64,000 nucleotides of DNA from Gracilinanus agilis (Eukaryota): assembly GCF_016433145.1 (NCBI RefSeq), contig NC_058133.1, forward strand, positions 257,355,972-257,419,971, in the 5' to 3' direction. Shown here in pieces: positions 13,501-36,500 of the stretch (positions are counted from its first letter, which is position 1; every line of letters begins with the position of its first letter). The position numbers and the translations under genes are program-made. Under the pieces are notes generated by a model. That model was not told where the DNA came from, ran no database searches, and saw only the letters and a program-made list of their open reading frames with translations.

Positions 13501-16500
13501 CCACGAAGTAGAGTGGGTGTCATATCTGTTCCAGATACATACAAGGTGTTCCCCTTACGTGGGCCTCGGTACTCAGGGAATGAATCAGACCCTGTGGGGC
13601 CATAGATCACGTTTATAATCAGAGATTACAATCCAATCAAGCTCTTAACAGAAAGATCATTGTGGACCCCACTTAAATACTCTCTGGAATTTCCCATTCC
13701 ATAAGTTCATGTCACTTACTTCGGAAAGGGCCCTCTCGATCCCGGTCTCGGTCTCTGTCCCGATCCCGGTCTCGATCCCGGTCTCTGTCTCGATCTCGGT
13801 CTCGGTCCCTGTCTCGATCTCTGTCCCGGTCCCTATCCCGGTCCCTGTCCCGTTCTCTGTCCCTGTCCCGGTCCTTGTCCCGATCCCGGTCTCTGTCCCG
13901 ATCACGGTCCTTGTCTCTGTCCCGGTCCCTATCTCGATCCCGGTTCCTCTCATGGCTTCGATCTCGACTTCGGCTTCGGGGTGGGGAGGCTGAAGTGGGG
14001 GGACCACTCCGTTCCTCAAAGCCCCAGTCAAAGCTTCGAGGAGGACCATCACCACCCCCTGGACCTTCTGATTCCTCCCCATCTGGTCCTAGTTCCCGAA
14101 GACGATCACTGGATGACACAAAGCTGTAGAGGTATACATTAAGTTTGTAAAAAGGTCCCTACTTCATCCCCTCCTTCAGGGGTATAAAAATCATTCCCCT
14201 TCAGGCCCTTGGTTCCTTCCGGCCCCAGCCACCACCCCATGGCTCCAGGAACCCTGTCCCATCTCTCTAACCTCTCATATAGAGACTTCCTCTGGGGACG
14301 TCTGGATGACTAGAAGGAAGAAAACAAAGGATGGTATGAAGAATAGCTAAGATAATATCCAGAATCAGGTCCCCACTTGCCTAATTCAGTTTTCTCTCCC
14401 CTCTTACTTCACTGAGCCCATCCCTCCCACTCCTCCTTACCCTCAATGCTTTTGGAGCATTGAAAATTTGGTAATTTCCCCATTTACCTCCTGCAAGTCA
14501 TCATCAGCAGAGATGCTTCTCTGAAATGGTTGAAAAGTTGGGGCTGGGCCCTTCTCTGGGTCCTATAGATGACACAATGGAATTGGGACACTCTAGCAAA
14601 CTGGCCAAAGTCTCCCTTCTTTATCTGTTTCTTCTCCCTTTTAACATATTTTGATGATCCCCTTCTCTTTTAGTTCCTCTCCAAATTAAGCATGTGCTTA
14701 ACAGAAATGCCCAAATATACTTCTAACTTCTTCAGATAACCTATAAATGACTAATCATTCAGTAATATGTTCTAGGCTTTTGTGACAATGCTCTCTTGGT
14801 TTTACTCACCAATACTTAATAGTATCCTTTGCCAATTCATTGTCTATATCATGTTCCCTAACTGTGGCTGTATTCCAAGGCAATGTCCTGGGCTATTTTC
14901 TTTTCTCACTCCATACTCTCTCATTTGGTGACCTTTTCAGCTCCCTTTGGCTTAATTATCATTTCTATGCAGATAATTCAAGATCTATATTCAACCCTCA
15001 TCTTCCTGAGCTCTAGTTTTGCATCAACTATTGGAAATTTTGAACTAGATGTCCTATAGGTATATCAAGTGCAAATGTCCAAATCAGAACTCATTATCTT
15101 TTTTCCCATTTCTGTTGAAAGCACCAACTGTGGTGTTATCTTTGATTCTCCAATTTTATGCCACTCCACATATACATTAGACACCAAATTTTGTTTCTAT
15201 TTCCACAACATCTCTTGGATATTCTTTCTACTCACATGACCAGAGGCCTAGTTTAAACTCTTATCACCTATTGCCTGGGCTATTGTAATAATCTCTTAGT
15301 CTTTCAATCTCAGTTTTCCCCTTCTTCAATTTATTCACACTAGAATGATTTCCTAAAATGCAGGTAAGACCATGTCACTTTTCTTTTTAATAAAAAAAAA
15401 AAAAAGCCAACGGCTCCCAATTGTCTTTAAAATATAAACTCCTTTGTTGGTTATTTTAAACCCTTTACAACCAGGTTCTAAAATAACTTTCCAGCACTGT
15501 TATATATATCATTCCTCTCCCTGCATTATGAGGTCCATCTAGACTAGCCTTCTTGCTTTTCCTAACACATGACACTCCATCACCTATCCTGGTGCTTTTT
15601 ACGCTAGCTATCCCCTATGTACTAGTATTATCTCCCAACTTCATTTCTACTTTTCTCTAAGAATCCCTTGATTCCTTTAAAACTCAGTTCAAGAGGGGCA
15701 GCTCAGTGGATTGAGAGTCAGGCCTAGAGACGGGAGCTCCTAGGTTCAAATGTGGCCTTAGACACTGGGCAAGTCACCTGACCCCCATTGCCCACCCTTA
15801 CCACTCTTCCACCAAGGAGCCAATACACAGAAGTTATGGGTTTAAAAAAACAAAACAAAAAAACTCAGTTCAAGGACTACCTTCTTACATGAAAACTTCC
15901 TTTATCCCCTCAGCTGTAAGTTGCCTATAGGTGCCTCCCCCTCCCCTACTTTGTACATACTTTATATATACATTGAATACAAATAGGCTCTCTTCCCCAG
16001 GGATGTAAGCTTTCTAAGGGCAGGGAATGTTTCATTTCTGTCTTTTGTTTCATTTCTGTCTTTTGTGTCCCTAATGTTTAGCATTGGGTCTGGTATACAT
16101 TAAACCTTTAATAAATGCCTTTTGATTGATAAGATTACCTAAACCAGTGATGGAAAACCTATGGCATGGGTGCCAAATATGGCATACAGAGCACTCTTTG
16201 TGGGCACTTGCCTTCCCACTCCTCCCAATTTGTTACCAGAAAGGCAGAGGAACTCAGGCAGAGCTGCTCCATATCTGATAACATTTTTTCACATCACCTG
16301 CCCCTCTACCCAGCAGCCCAATGGGAACACTTCCTCCCTCCTCTGTGTGGGGAATAAAGTGGGGGGGAACAGCATGTAGTCTGGGTGGGGCAGTATGGCA
16401 CTTGATCTCGGGGTGGGGGCAGGGCCTGGCATTCCATCTCTAAGAGGTTCACTATCACTGACCTAAAGTATTCGTGGGCTTATTTGTCTCTGGTTTGTAC

Positions 16501-17689
16501 TGCCTCCCATCTCAGGAGTATTCCATGACTATATTACCTTTGATACAAAGTAATTTAAAGTCAGAAAGAACCTTAAAAAGTTCATCCGATCTGACTCCTT
16601 ATAAAGAAATTGAAGCCCTTGGAAAGTGACTATTCAAGGTTAAAATGCTATCACTTTTTTCTGTCCTAAAATTGCTTTTTTCCATTCTCAGAGAGCCTTT
16701 TTTTTCTAACTTCAACTCAATTTCAAATGTTAACTGGCTATCTAGTAGATAGATAGGTCTGTGCTAGTCTTTCAGGGAGATATAAAAATAAATGAGACAC
16801 CATTTCCATTAGAATGTTCCTCAATGTGATAAGTTTAAGAGTGCGCTCACCTATCCTTTTCTTGATTCCCACATACCTTCAATTTTCCTTCCAGAGTCCG
16901 TGACCGCTTGAAGCCCGAATTCTTGGTTTCTGCTTTAATGGCACTGATGGCTCCTGATTTTACCAGTTGTTTAGCCTGCTCTGTTGCTGTGGCTGTATCT
17001 ACTACGGGTTGCTCCGACAGAGCTAAGCAAGGGAGAACAGCATAAAGTGGAAGTTACTTAACTGCCTAACCTGTGGGAGAAGTTCTTTTAGGTCCCAATT
17101 CCTTCTTCCAGGCCACTGTTGGAACCCCTACCAAAATCCACCCTCTTCACTCAAGCCCTGTGATAACATTTAACCCATTACTCACAGCGTTTGACACCTC
17201 CCTGGCTGGCTGTGCTACTATTACTCTGCTTCTTAAGAGCCAATAATGCTTTTTTCTAGAGAGGATAGGGAAGTAAGAAGAAAAAATAATTAATGAAGGC
17301 CTTTTCCCACCCTAAGATCTTATGGCCTTTGTGTTCAGAGCATTTTCCATAAATTTCATTTGTGATAATTACTTGTAAGAACCACCAAAACCATGATGTC
17401 CTGTGGTTCTCCAGAGTGCCCAAATTTGGTGATACTGGAATCACAAGCCATATATCTAAGGTGTCATCTATCAACAGTAGGAGTTAGCTTACCTTATATC
17501 AAACTTTTTGGTAGTGCTACATAGATGGGAAGGTAGTTATTCGTAAAGGGCCTAAGAAAGGGTTTGGGATAAAGGTCCATGTGTCCCTTCTGCTCACTAT
17601 GCTTGTTTGCTTACCTTTTTCTTGAGTTTGCTGAATTTCTTCTGCAATGCTTCTTCTTCCTCACTCAGTCCTGGGGGCAGCACCAACAT
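10540..17689 (-). CDS. NELFE: Negative elongation factor E (RD protein), 10 coding exons plus a non-coding exon 1, about 402 aa
   Basis: Minus-strand coding exons 17689-17615, 17255-17186, 17022-16877, 14562-14488, 14309-14272, 14123-13720, 13591-13447, 13205-13151, 12908-12806, 10637-10540 (1209 nt). Reads MLVLPPGLSEEEEALQKK..., an RD dipeptide tract, an RRM (GNTLYVSG...CAFVTYEKMESADQA) and the C-terminus YKENLVDGF*. A probable non-coding exon 1 donor (CAG|GTAAG) is at 18759. Confidence 0.97.
13738..13943 (-). repeat. Coding hexamer repeat encoding the Arg-Asp tract of NELF-E (35 dipeptides)
   Basis: Codon-diversified hexamers (CGGGAC, AGAGAC, CGAGAT, AGGGAC and others) lie between ...HERN and GPFR in exon 7. 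Confidence 0.95.
14770..15680. mobile_element. Old LINE-2-like fragments in NELFE intron 4
   Basis: Degenerate L2-type phrases such as ...tcatttctatgcagataattc..., ...aaatgtccaaatcagaactcattatc... and ...gaccatgtcact.... Recognised by eye only; boundaries approximate. Confidence 0.5.
15694..15859 (+). mobile_element. SINE1_Mdo-like SINE with a 15-bp target-site duplication
   Basis: Starts GGGGCAGCTCAGTGGATTGAGAG, has an A-rich tail, and is flanked by AAAACTCAGTTCAAG at 15679-15693 and 15860-15874. Confidence 0.9.
16145..16460. mobile_element. Non-autonomous hAT DNA transposon (MITE, 316 bp) in NELFE intron 4
   Basis: TIRs CAGTGATGGAAAACCT (16145-16160) and AGGTTCACTATCACTG (16445-16460). 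8-bp TSD ACCTAAAC / ACCTAAAG (7 of 8 match). Confidence 0.85.
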
Positions 17690-18039
17690 ATCAGCTCCCA
17701 GTTCTGAGCCAGGTCTGGCCCTCCAGAGATGCAACTGTGTAGCAAATCAATTTGTCCAGTGGAGGTACCTTTCGCCTACTGTCTAGATGCCCAGAGTCCC
17801 TGAGAAGATGGCATTCATCATGGCCTGCTCCAGACCCTGCCTTGCCCTTCCACTGGCTTTCATGAGCAGCACTCCTGGACTTCAGAGGAGGAGCACTGGG
17901 AAATCCAAGACCTGGGACAATCAGGTCACAGACTTGCAGAACAAAGAACATCAGTGCTCTGAAGGTCATCTACTCTGATTCTCACCTATTCTACAGGTGA
18001 GGAAATGGAGGTACCTCTGATAAGAAAAGTGACTTCTTT

Positions 18040-18240
18040 AGGGGACAAGCTGGGTAGCTCAGTGAATTGAGAACCAGGCCTAGAGACCGGAATTTTTGGG
18101 TTCAAATCTAGACACTTCCTAGCTGTGTGATCCTGGGCAAATCAGGTAACCCCTACTGCCTGGCCCTTACAGTTCTTCTGTCTTGGAACCAATACACAGT
18201 ATTAATTCTAAGGCGAAAGGTAAGGGTTTTTGGTTTTTTT
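18040..18240 (+). mobile_element. SINE1_Mdo-like SINE in NELFE intron 1
   Basis: Typical SINE body. TSD AAGTGACTTCTTT (18027-18039) / AAGTGGCTTCTTT (18241-18253). Confidence 0.88.
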
Positions 18241-18758
18241 AAGTGGCTTCTTTGAAGTCACAAAGCCAGTCAGTGGCACTGACAAGACTAGGACCCAAGT
18301 TCTGTCTAAAGTCCAGCACAAAACTCATTTTGGAGGAGGATAATTTCCAGTCATAAGGCAAGAGGTATGGTTCCCTGAGAAGTCACCTCCCTCCCCCGAG
18401 TTCATTAGTTGGCAGGACACTCTCAAATTAAATCAATAAGCACTTATTAAGCGCCAAGAACTGGGCTAAGCGCTGGGAATACAGCTAATGTTAAAAATTA
18501 TCCTTGACCTCAAGGGGATCAGTTTAATGGGTGGAACGACAAGCAAAGGCTCTCCTGGAATATTTCCAACCCTCACGCACATCGTTACTATAGCAACAAT
18601 GACCGAACTCCGGCCGCCTGAAGGAGGTGAACATAGCAACTAAAGGGGTTCCCGAACACCCAAGAATTGAGCCAGAACTCCCGCCATGTCATCATAGCAC
18701 CAAGGCAAGAAGCCATAAAGAGTCGCAGGCTAAGAAGAAGAAGAGAGGGAATCCTTAC

Positions 18759-19112
18759 CTGAAAAGGAAGATGTTATCTCCTCACAGTACACAGCTGCAA
18801 CTTCCTCCGCCCTCCTCGGAGGACCAGATGGGCGCAGGGTGATGACGTCTAGGGGGCGGGAGCTGAACCAGGTAAGCTCCGTAACCAAGGCGCCATTTCC
18901 GGCACCTCTCCCTTTCTCCCCTCTCCCTGCTTGCTACCTTTTCTGTTCCTCAGTCTGAGGCCACTTCCGCCCTTCTCTCTTATGACATCACTTCTTCCTG
19001 TAACCACTCGCGCTCCGAGCGGCAGCAACTTCCGCCATGCCGGGGGCGGGACTTTCATCGCTTTGGTCTTCGCGGCACTTCCGGCTTCGCGGCGCTTCTG
19101 GGAAGCTGAGGG
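18759..19112. promoter_or_regulatory. CpG-rich bidirectional promoter shared by NELFE and SKIV2L
   Basis: Head-to-head genes. ETS/GABP cores (ACTTCCG) near 18963, 19028 and 19077; YY1/ETS composite GGCGCCATTTCCGG at about 18889-18902; CRE-like TGACGTC at about 18843; GC box GGGGCGGG. No TATA box seen. Confidence 0.85.
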
Positions 19113-30356
<11,244 letters not shown>

Positions 30357-30596
30357 TTCTCCTGTAGTTCCTACCCTCCTGGTTTCTCATGTGGAAGAAC
30401 CAATTTCTTGTTAAAAATTAATAAAGTAGCAAAGCATGCTAATGTGTGTGAGTCTAGGGGTAGAGTATTGTTTTCAGAGTGGACAGAATGAGATCATTAG
30501 GTGGGGACAAAAATGAGGACCAGATAGTGAAAAATGCCTTTATTGTGTGTGTAGGAAGGAGGGACCAGCCCCTTCTTGATCAGTTCCTGGGAGAAA

Positions 30597-32685
30597 TTAG
30601 TCCTCTGGGCAGGGTGTCTTAGGAGGTGAAGGGACGTTCTGGGTCACAGCGTCCACATACCAGGTAGGCAGAAAGGCATAGGGAGCACCATGATGAACAG
30701 ACACCGTAACAGGGCCACCTGGCTCCCAGGAGAAGAGGTGGACAAGCCTGGTAGGGGAAGGCAGGAGAGACAGGTAAGGCCTGGGTGTTCACAGGCCTGC
30801 GTCTCAAAAGAAGTCAATCTACACATTAGTTTCCTCACCTGGGGTCATCTTGGGTGACTGTGCTTTGGGCAAAGCTGAGGAAAGCAGCACAGAAGTTCAT
30901 ACATACAGAGGGATTCCAGCCTTCTCGGTCAGACTGAGGACAGAAATAAGTGGATGGGAACAATGTGAACCCTAGAGGACCTAAGGTTACCAAGGAAGGA
31001 AAGATAGAGGAAAAGATCCCAGTGGAGAAGGTCAGAAAAGGTGGAGGTGTGACCAGAAGTAAAAGTTCTACAGGAGAAAAGGATGAGGCCAGCAGAAGGG
31101 TATCATCCCATCTCACCCTGATAAGTTCAAACATCTCCATGGTAGGAAAAGTTCGGAATGATCGGACAGAACCTTCAGGATCTCGGAAGCCAGCAACCAC
31201 ACGTGGAACCCCAGGCAAGAATGACTGAGCCCACCATTTCAAGAGCTTGTGTCTGTAAGGTGAGAGAGATAGAGAATCACTAGAGAACCGAGCAAATGTG
31301 CCCAACTCTTCAGACTCCTATTTCATTTTTGGTATCTTTACTTAATTGGGCTGCTTTGGGCTTACCGGTAGAAGCTCTTCCACTGGCCAGGGCTGTGCAT
31401 TTCTTTTGAGGTCTTGAGCTCCACATAGCAGGCAGGTGGCTGTGTGGATGGGGCTTTGGGGTCTATGCAGTCCACCTCCCCAGAGAAGAGCAGGGGATGG
31501 GTTCCTAATCGACTTCGGAACACTGAGCAGAATGCAATATTGGTGTTGACCTCTCCAGAAGGGTCAGGAGAACCCCCAGGTGTGTCTGTAGGAAGGAAAA
31601 AAGGGAGCTACAAGGATTGTAGGTCTTGAGACCAGACATGAGAAAATAATTTGTAAACTAAAAAGTGCTATGCCAACAGACATTTTAAATCCATATCAAG
31701 ACTCTCACCTGCACACATGTACTGTTCAAATTTATAGCCCATGTACATGAGTTCTCGGAGGAGTGAAGGACGATTGAGTCTCTGTGCCCTAGCAGCAGGG
31801 GTCTCCACCTCACTCAGGTAAAGGGTGCCCTGTAACCGTGAGGCTGCAAGTTGCCAGCCTTCCCGAAGCTCATAGGGTGTTGTCAGCAGCTTTGTCAAAT
31901 GCCCACGCCATGTCACCACTGCTCCTGCCAACCAGCCTGGGCCCCTATGAGGAAAGGAGGAAACAGGTTGTTGACTGATTGAGATATTCTCCAAAGAATA
32001 TGGCCAAAGGAGGGAATTTTGAGGAACTTAAGTCACACCACCATCTTGAGGTCATATCAGGAAGGCCACATCAAAAGAACTCTGGGGCAAAGGAACTGTG
32101 TATTTAGGATTTCTTAGCTCTTTCTGCCTCTATCTCCAACTATTTTACTTCTGTAGGACCTTGGTATCTGATTCCAAACTCCTCATTTTTACAGAGGGGA
32201 CAAGTATGACCCGGGGAGGGGTCATGGAACTTACCAAATGTAACAAGCCTAAGGATGACAGAACCTAGCCTTGGTACCTAGTTTTCCTATTCCTGGTCTG
32301 TCCTGGCCTCCCCAGGCACTCACCCCTCTAGCTGGCCTCGGTGCTCCAGGAGCCATCGAAGCAGGTGATCCAGCCCTTCCCGGATCTCCTCGTTCCGGGG
32401 CCGGTAGCGCTCGGGGTAGCCCTCCCGGAGGTCGAAATCAGGAGCTGAACCGTGGGCTGGGGGAGGAGCAAAGTAGCGCAGTGCCCGGGAGTCCCCGTGG
32501 TAACGGCGCTCAGCGTCCAAGGAGAAGCAGCCCAGCTCCGATGGGCGGCGGTAGAAGGGGAAGGGGCCAGCGTAGAGGGAGGCCTCGGTGGGCAGCGAAG
32601 GGGCCGGGCGACTCCGTTTGGAAGGGCCCCCTGTCGCCCCATCTTTCAACTCCCCGGCTCCTCGCTTGGCACCCTGGGACTCCAT
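30597..32685 (-). CDS. DXO: Decapping exoribonuclease DXO (DOM3Z), 6 coding exons, about 399 aa
   Basis: Minus-strand exons 32685-32324, 31944-31709, 31585-31366, 31252-31117, 30933-30839, 30747-30597 (1200 nt). Motifs FPFYRRPSELGCFSLD, WRGHLTKLL, GYKFEQY, FSGEVDC, YVELKTS, KLLKWWAQSFLPG. AATAAA on the minus strand at 30544-30539. The non-coding exon 1 was not placed precisely. Confidence 0.96.
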
Positions 32686-33089
32686 AGGCTCCTGCGGAGG
32701 CAAAGAAGGACCCACCTTCTGAGTGAGAGGCCAGTCACCCCCCGCTTAGTGTCTGGATCCCCAAGGAAGATGAAAGGTCTTTCTCGGGCTTCTCGGGGTC
32801 CTTTCTTTCCTCCCCTCTACCTCCTTCCTTAACCTCAAGCTCACCTCCATTCTGGGGGCTGCTAGTGAACTTTTCCCTCAGTCTCGAGATCCTGATTATT
32901 CAATCGTGGCCCATCCAGGACTCTAGGGTCCCCTATTCAATCTGCCCTCCCCAGACCCCCTCCCCTCCATGATTTCCCCCAGATTGCCGTAGTGTCGTAG
33001 TGAGGGGCCAAGCTTCAGCTGGGGGCGGAGATGAGGGCCTATGTCACATCTATCACCTCAACTCCCACTATCTCCCAGCCAGATATGTG

Positions 33090-33509
33090 ACATCACGGCA
33101 ATACCGGAAGAGCCGAAGTGACTTGTCCTCATCTATGCATGACACAATTAGGAAGTGACGGCCGCAGAACTGCCAGGGTCTCTATTAAGAGTGGGCTGGG
33201 GGCGCAGTTTTTAATCGAGTAGCCGGAGTTGGAACGTTCCCAGCTCTGCACGAGGTCCCCGCCTCCACTTCGTCCCCACGTAGCACACGGCTCACGTCAC
33301 CTCGCAGGAATGACACTCCCGCTCTCTGTCGGACTGTGACGTCATCATTCCGCGCCCGCACCGGCTTCCCCGGGCCTTGCCGCGGGTCTCCGGGAGACGT
33401 GCCTTTATTTTCCCGGACCCAGACCCACTTTCACCATTCCCGTCCCTGTTCCGGTCGCGAGCCCCTCCCCTCTCTATCCTCACTAGCTAGGGGTTAGAAG
33501 TCCCAGGGT
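33090..33509. promoter_or_regulatory. CpG-rich bidirectional promoter shared by DXO and STK19
   Basis: Head-to-head genes and CpG-dense. Perfect CRE TGACGTCA at 33337-33344; ETS cores CCGGAAG (about 33104) and GGAAGTGACG (about 33151). Confidence 0.8.
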
Positions 33510-36500
33510 ATGAGCCGGAAACGGCCTCGGCTCGTCCCGGAAACTTTCGGGTCTAGGAGGCGACGAGGACCTGGAGGAGCTGGAGAGGAGCCTCTGGGGG
33601 GCGAGGCAGGTAACCTGGGAGGGGAAAGAAGGGGGAACCCTGGGGAAGAGCCCCAGGATGGCCTTCAGGGCTGGCGCCCAGAGAGAGAAGGGCCCAAGCC
33701 CCTGACGAGACTCCTTCCCCAGGGTCGGTGCTCCGGGCCCTGCGTGAGCTGGGTGAGCTGTTCCCCCGGCTCCTGTTCCAGGACGCGCTGCCTCCCATCG
33801 CCCTCAAGAGCCAGGTGTACAGCCTAGTGCCGGACCGGACCGCGGCCGATAGGCAGTTGGTGAGGAGCATCAAGGGTTCAGGGAACTAGGCATTGGGGGG
33901 GACCAGTTGGTGAAAGGTTTCAGGGGACAACAGAATGGGCAGTGGGAGATGAGCCAAGGGGCCAGAGACTGGACGACAACTGGTGGTGGGGGGGGAACTA
34001 AAAGACAAGCAGGTGAGGAGGACCAGGGATTGGGCATCTGATGGTGAAGGGAAACAAGGAAACCAAGGGATTAGCAGCTAGTGAGGGGCACCACGGGACA
34101 AAGGGGAGAGGGGTAAGGCAGAAGGTGAGGGGTACCAGGAGGCCAGAACTTGGGCAGCTGATGAGAGGGACCAAAAGACAAGTACCTGGGGTTGGGGATC
34201 AGGGAATCAGGGAACTGGCTACTAGTTGGAGGAGTGACCACAAGGGGCCAAGGGTTGAGCAGGAAATCAAGGGTCTGGTAACTAGTGAGTGGGGTAAGGG
34301 AACAAGAAGATGGATAGCTGGTAAAGGGGATTGGAAGCAGTCAAGGAAACCAAGAGGCCAAGGGATGGGCAGCTGGTGAAGGGAGGGTCATCTCAGGGAC
34401 TAGGGACTGATTGGGTAGTGGTTGTTGTGGGGTCATAGGGAACAGCTGACAAAGAGAAAGATAGTTGGTGAGAGGAGCAGCAGAACAGGCAGTTAGTGTG
34501 AGAACAGAATGATACTATATGGTGATGTCATATAATCCACCAGCCAATAAGAGGTGTTGAGTGGATTAATGTGAGACGAAAAGACACTAATTTTGGCTGT
34601 CAAACCAGGTAATAGCCACCTTCTAGTTTCTACCAGTCTAGACAGACAAGATAATCTTTCCTATACTGAGAGATAATCAGAGAAGAGCTGTCCTTTCTAC
34701 TTCCCATTTTAGTATCCTGGAAATTATTCTACCTTATTAATCTATTCCCACACTCCCCAAGCATAGTTGAGATAGTTACTATTCTGATACCTCTTATTTT
34801 TCATCTCTTGGTACAGAGAGAACTTCGAGAACTAGGGGAGGTTAGAGTGATTCAACTTGGCTTTGATGCTGATGCTCAGGGGATTGTCTTCACTGAGGAC
34901 TTCAGGACCAAAGTGTGTGTATATTTGTGTGTGTGTATGTATAGGTTTATGGAACTAGAGCAACAGGGATTGGGGAATATGTTGAGGACTAGTAGGTCTA
35001 ATGGAAGGATATCAAAGAAGGAGACAAAAGTATTGTGAAGGAGGAGGTACATATTTTGTGTCTGTCAACATTTATTAAGCATTTATTTTATGCCAGTCAC
35101 TGGATTAAAAAAGAGGGGGGGGCAAAAGACAGTCCTTGCCCTCGAGCTGTTGGTGAGGAGGGACCAAGAGACAAAGAACTGGAACTGGTGGACCAAGGGG
35201 CCAGGAAACTGGCAGCTGATGAGAAGGAACCAGGGGACTAGGGGCTGGACAGTTGGTGACGGGGATTCACCAGACTAAGTGACAAAACAGGTGGTGAAGG
35301 AATACTAAGGGGCCAGAGGATGGGGAGCTGATTGAGAGGGACCAAGGAGCCTATAAGCAAATAACTAGGTACAAACAAGCTCTATAACAGGATAAAATAG
35401 GAAATAATGAACTCTTTATGTATGTGTTGAGAGAGGGGGAAGAAGACATTGTGAAAGGAATGTGGGGGATATAAGTGGAAGATCAGATTGGAGTTTGGTT
35501 GTCTTTTCCCTCTTGCTCTCCTTTAGGCCCTAGCATCTTGCAGGGGTCGGTCATTTGAAGGGACAGTGCAGAGATTTCTGGCCTCAGTGCTTCCAGCCTG
35601 TGGAGATCTCAGCTTTCATCAGGATCAGATGACTCAAACCTTTGGCTTTAGGGATTGTGAGATCACGTGAGACTTCGGGGGGTGGCAAAAGACCCAGACA
35701 AATGTCATCTTGTCCAGCTCACCCTTTCCCCTCAACATCTGTTTTTTATCTTTCCCTGGGCCCTTTCTTTATTTAGCACAAGTCATTTGGCTCTATTGGG
35801 CTTCATTTTCTTCTGTAACTTTAAAACAGGAAGATTGGACTAGGTGCCCTTCAAGGTCTTCCAGCTCCTCTGAGCTGGTCCTGTTCCCTTATCTACTCTT
35901 CTCTTCTCCCAACAACATTCTTTCCCTACCAGTGGCGTTTTCTCCCTCAGCTTTGCTATTAGAACCATCAGGGTTCTTTGGGAGGGTTGAAAGTTGTTTG
36001 TTTCAGGAGAGTGTGGAATTTCTCCAAGTTGAATTTCGTCACTTGAAAAAACCCAGACATGAAAGTTTTTGACCCACCCTTGTTCCCACCCTTATCATAC
36101 TGGCGCTGGAACAGTATAAGATTGGTTTTCCCCTTTTCCTTACAAGATAACAGGAAAAGAGATCAGCTTCATTCTTCTTGAAAAAGAAATTAGTCAGTAA
36201 AAAATTATGCTGTCTATAATCCCCCCATGAAATTGAGTTTTGACCTAGTCAAATGTCATTCCTTCTTTCCTTAAGGTAAGAATTAAGGGGGCAGTGGAGG
36301 ATGATTCCTGGAGGTCACATTGTCCCCTTCCCTCCACCCCTAGGCAGCTGGTAAATGCTGGAGTCCTCACAGTCCGAGATGCTGGGAGCTGGTGGCTATC
36401 AGTGCCAGGAGCTGGAAGATTTGTAAAGTATTTTGTCAAAGGTGTTGGTTTCTCTTTCCCTCTTCTAATTACTCCAAAAACATTAATCAGAGTTGTCCCT

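Noticed and set aside
13657-14129. Long alternative-frame and antisense ORFs (GTETET..., SVPVSV..., SRSRSL...)
   Set aside because: They are by-products of the stop-free RD hexamer repeat in NELFE exon 7 and have no independent gene signals.
16030-16065. Small tandem duplications (18 bp here; about 30 bp near 49217-49275; 20 bp near 47873-47932)
   Set aside because: Ordinary local slippage duplications in introns, with no evidence of function.
33852-34500. CRISPR-like array
   Set aside because: Mammalian intron; the units are degenerate and irregular, with no conserved repeat and unique spacer structure and no cas genes.
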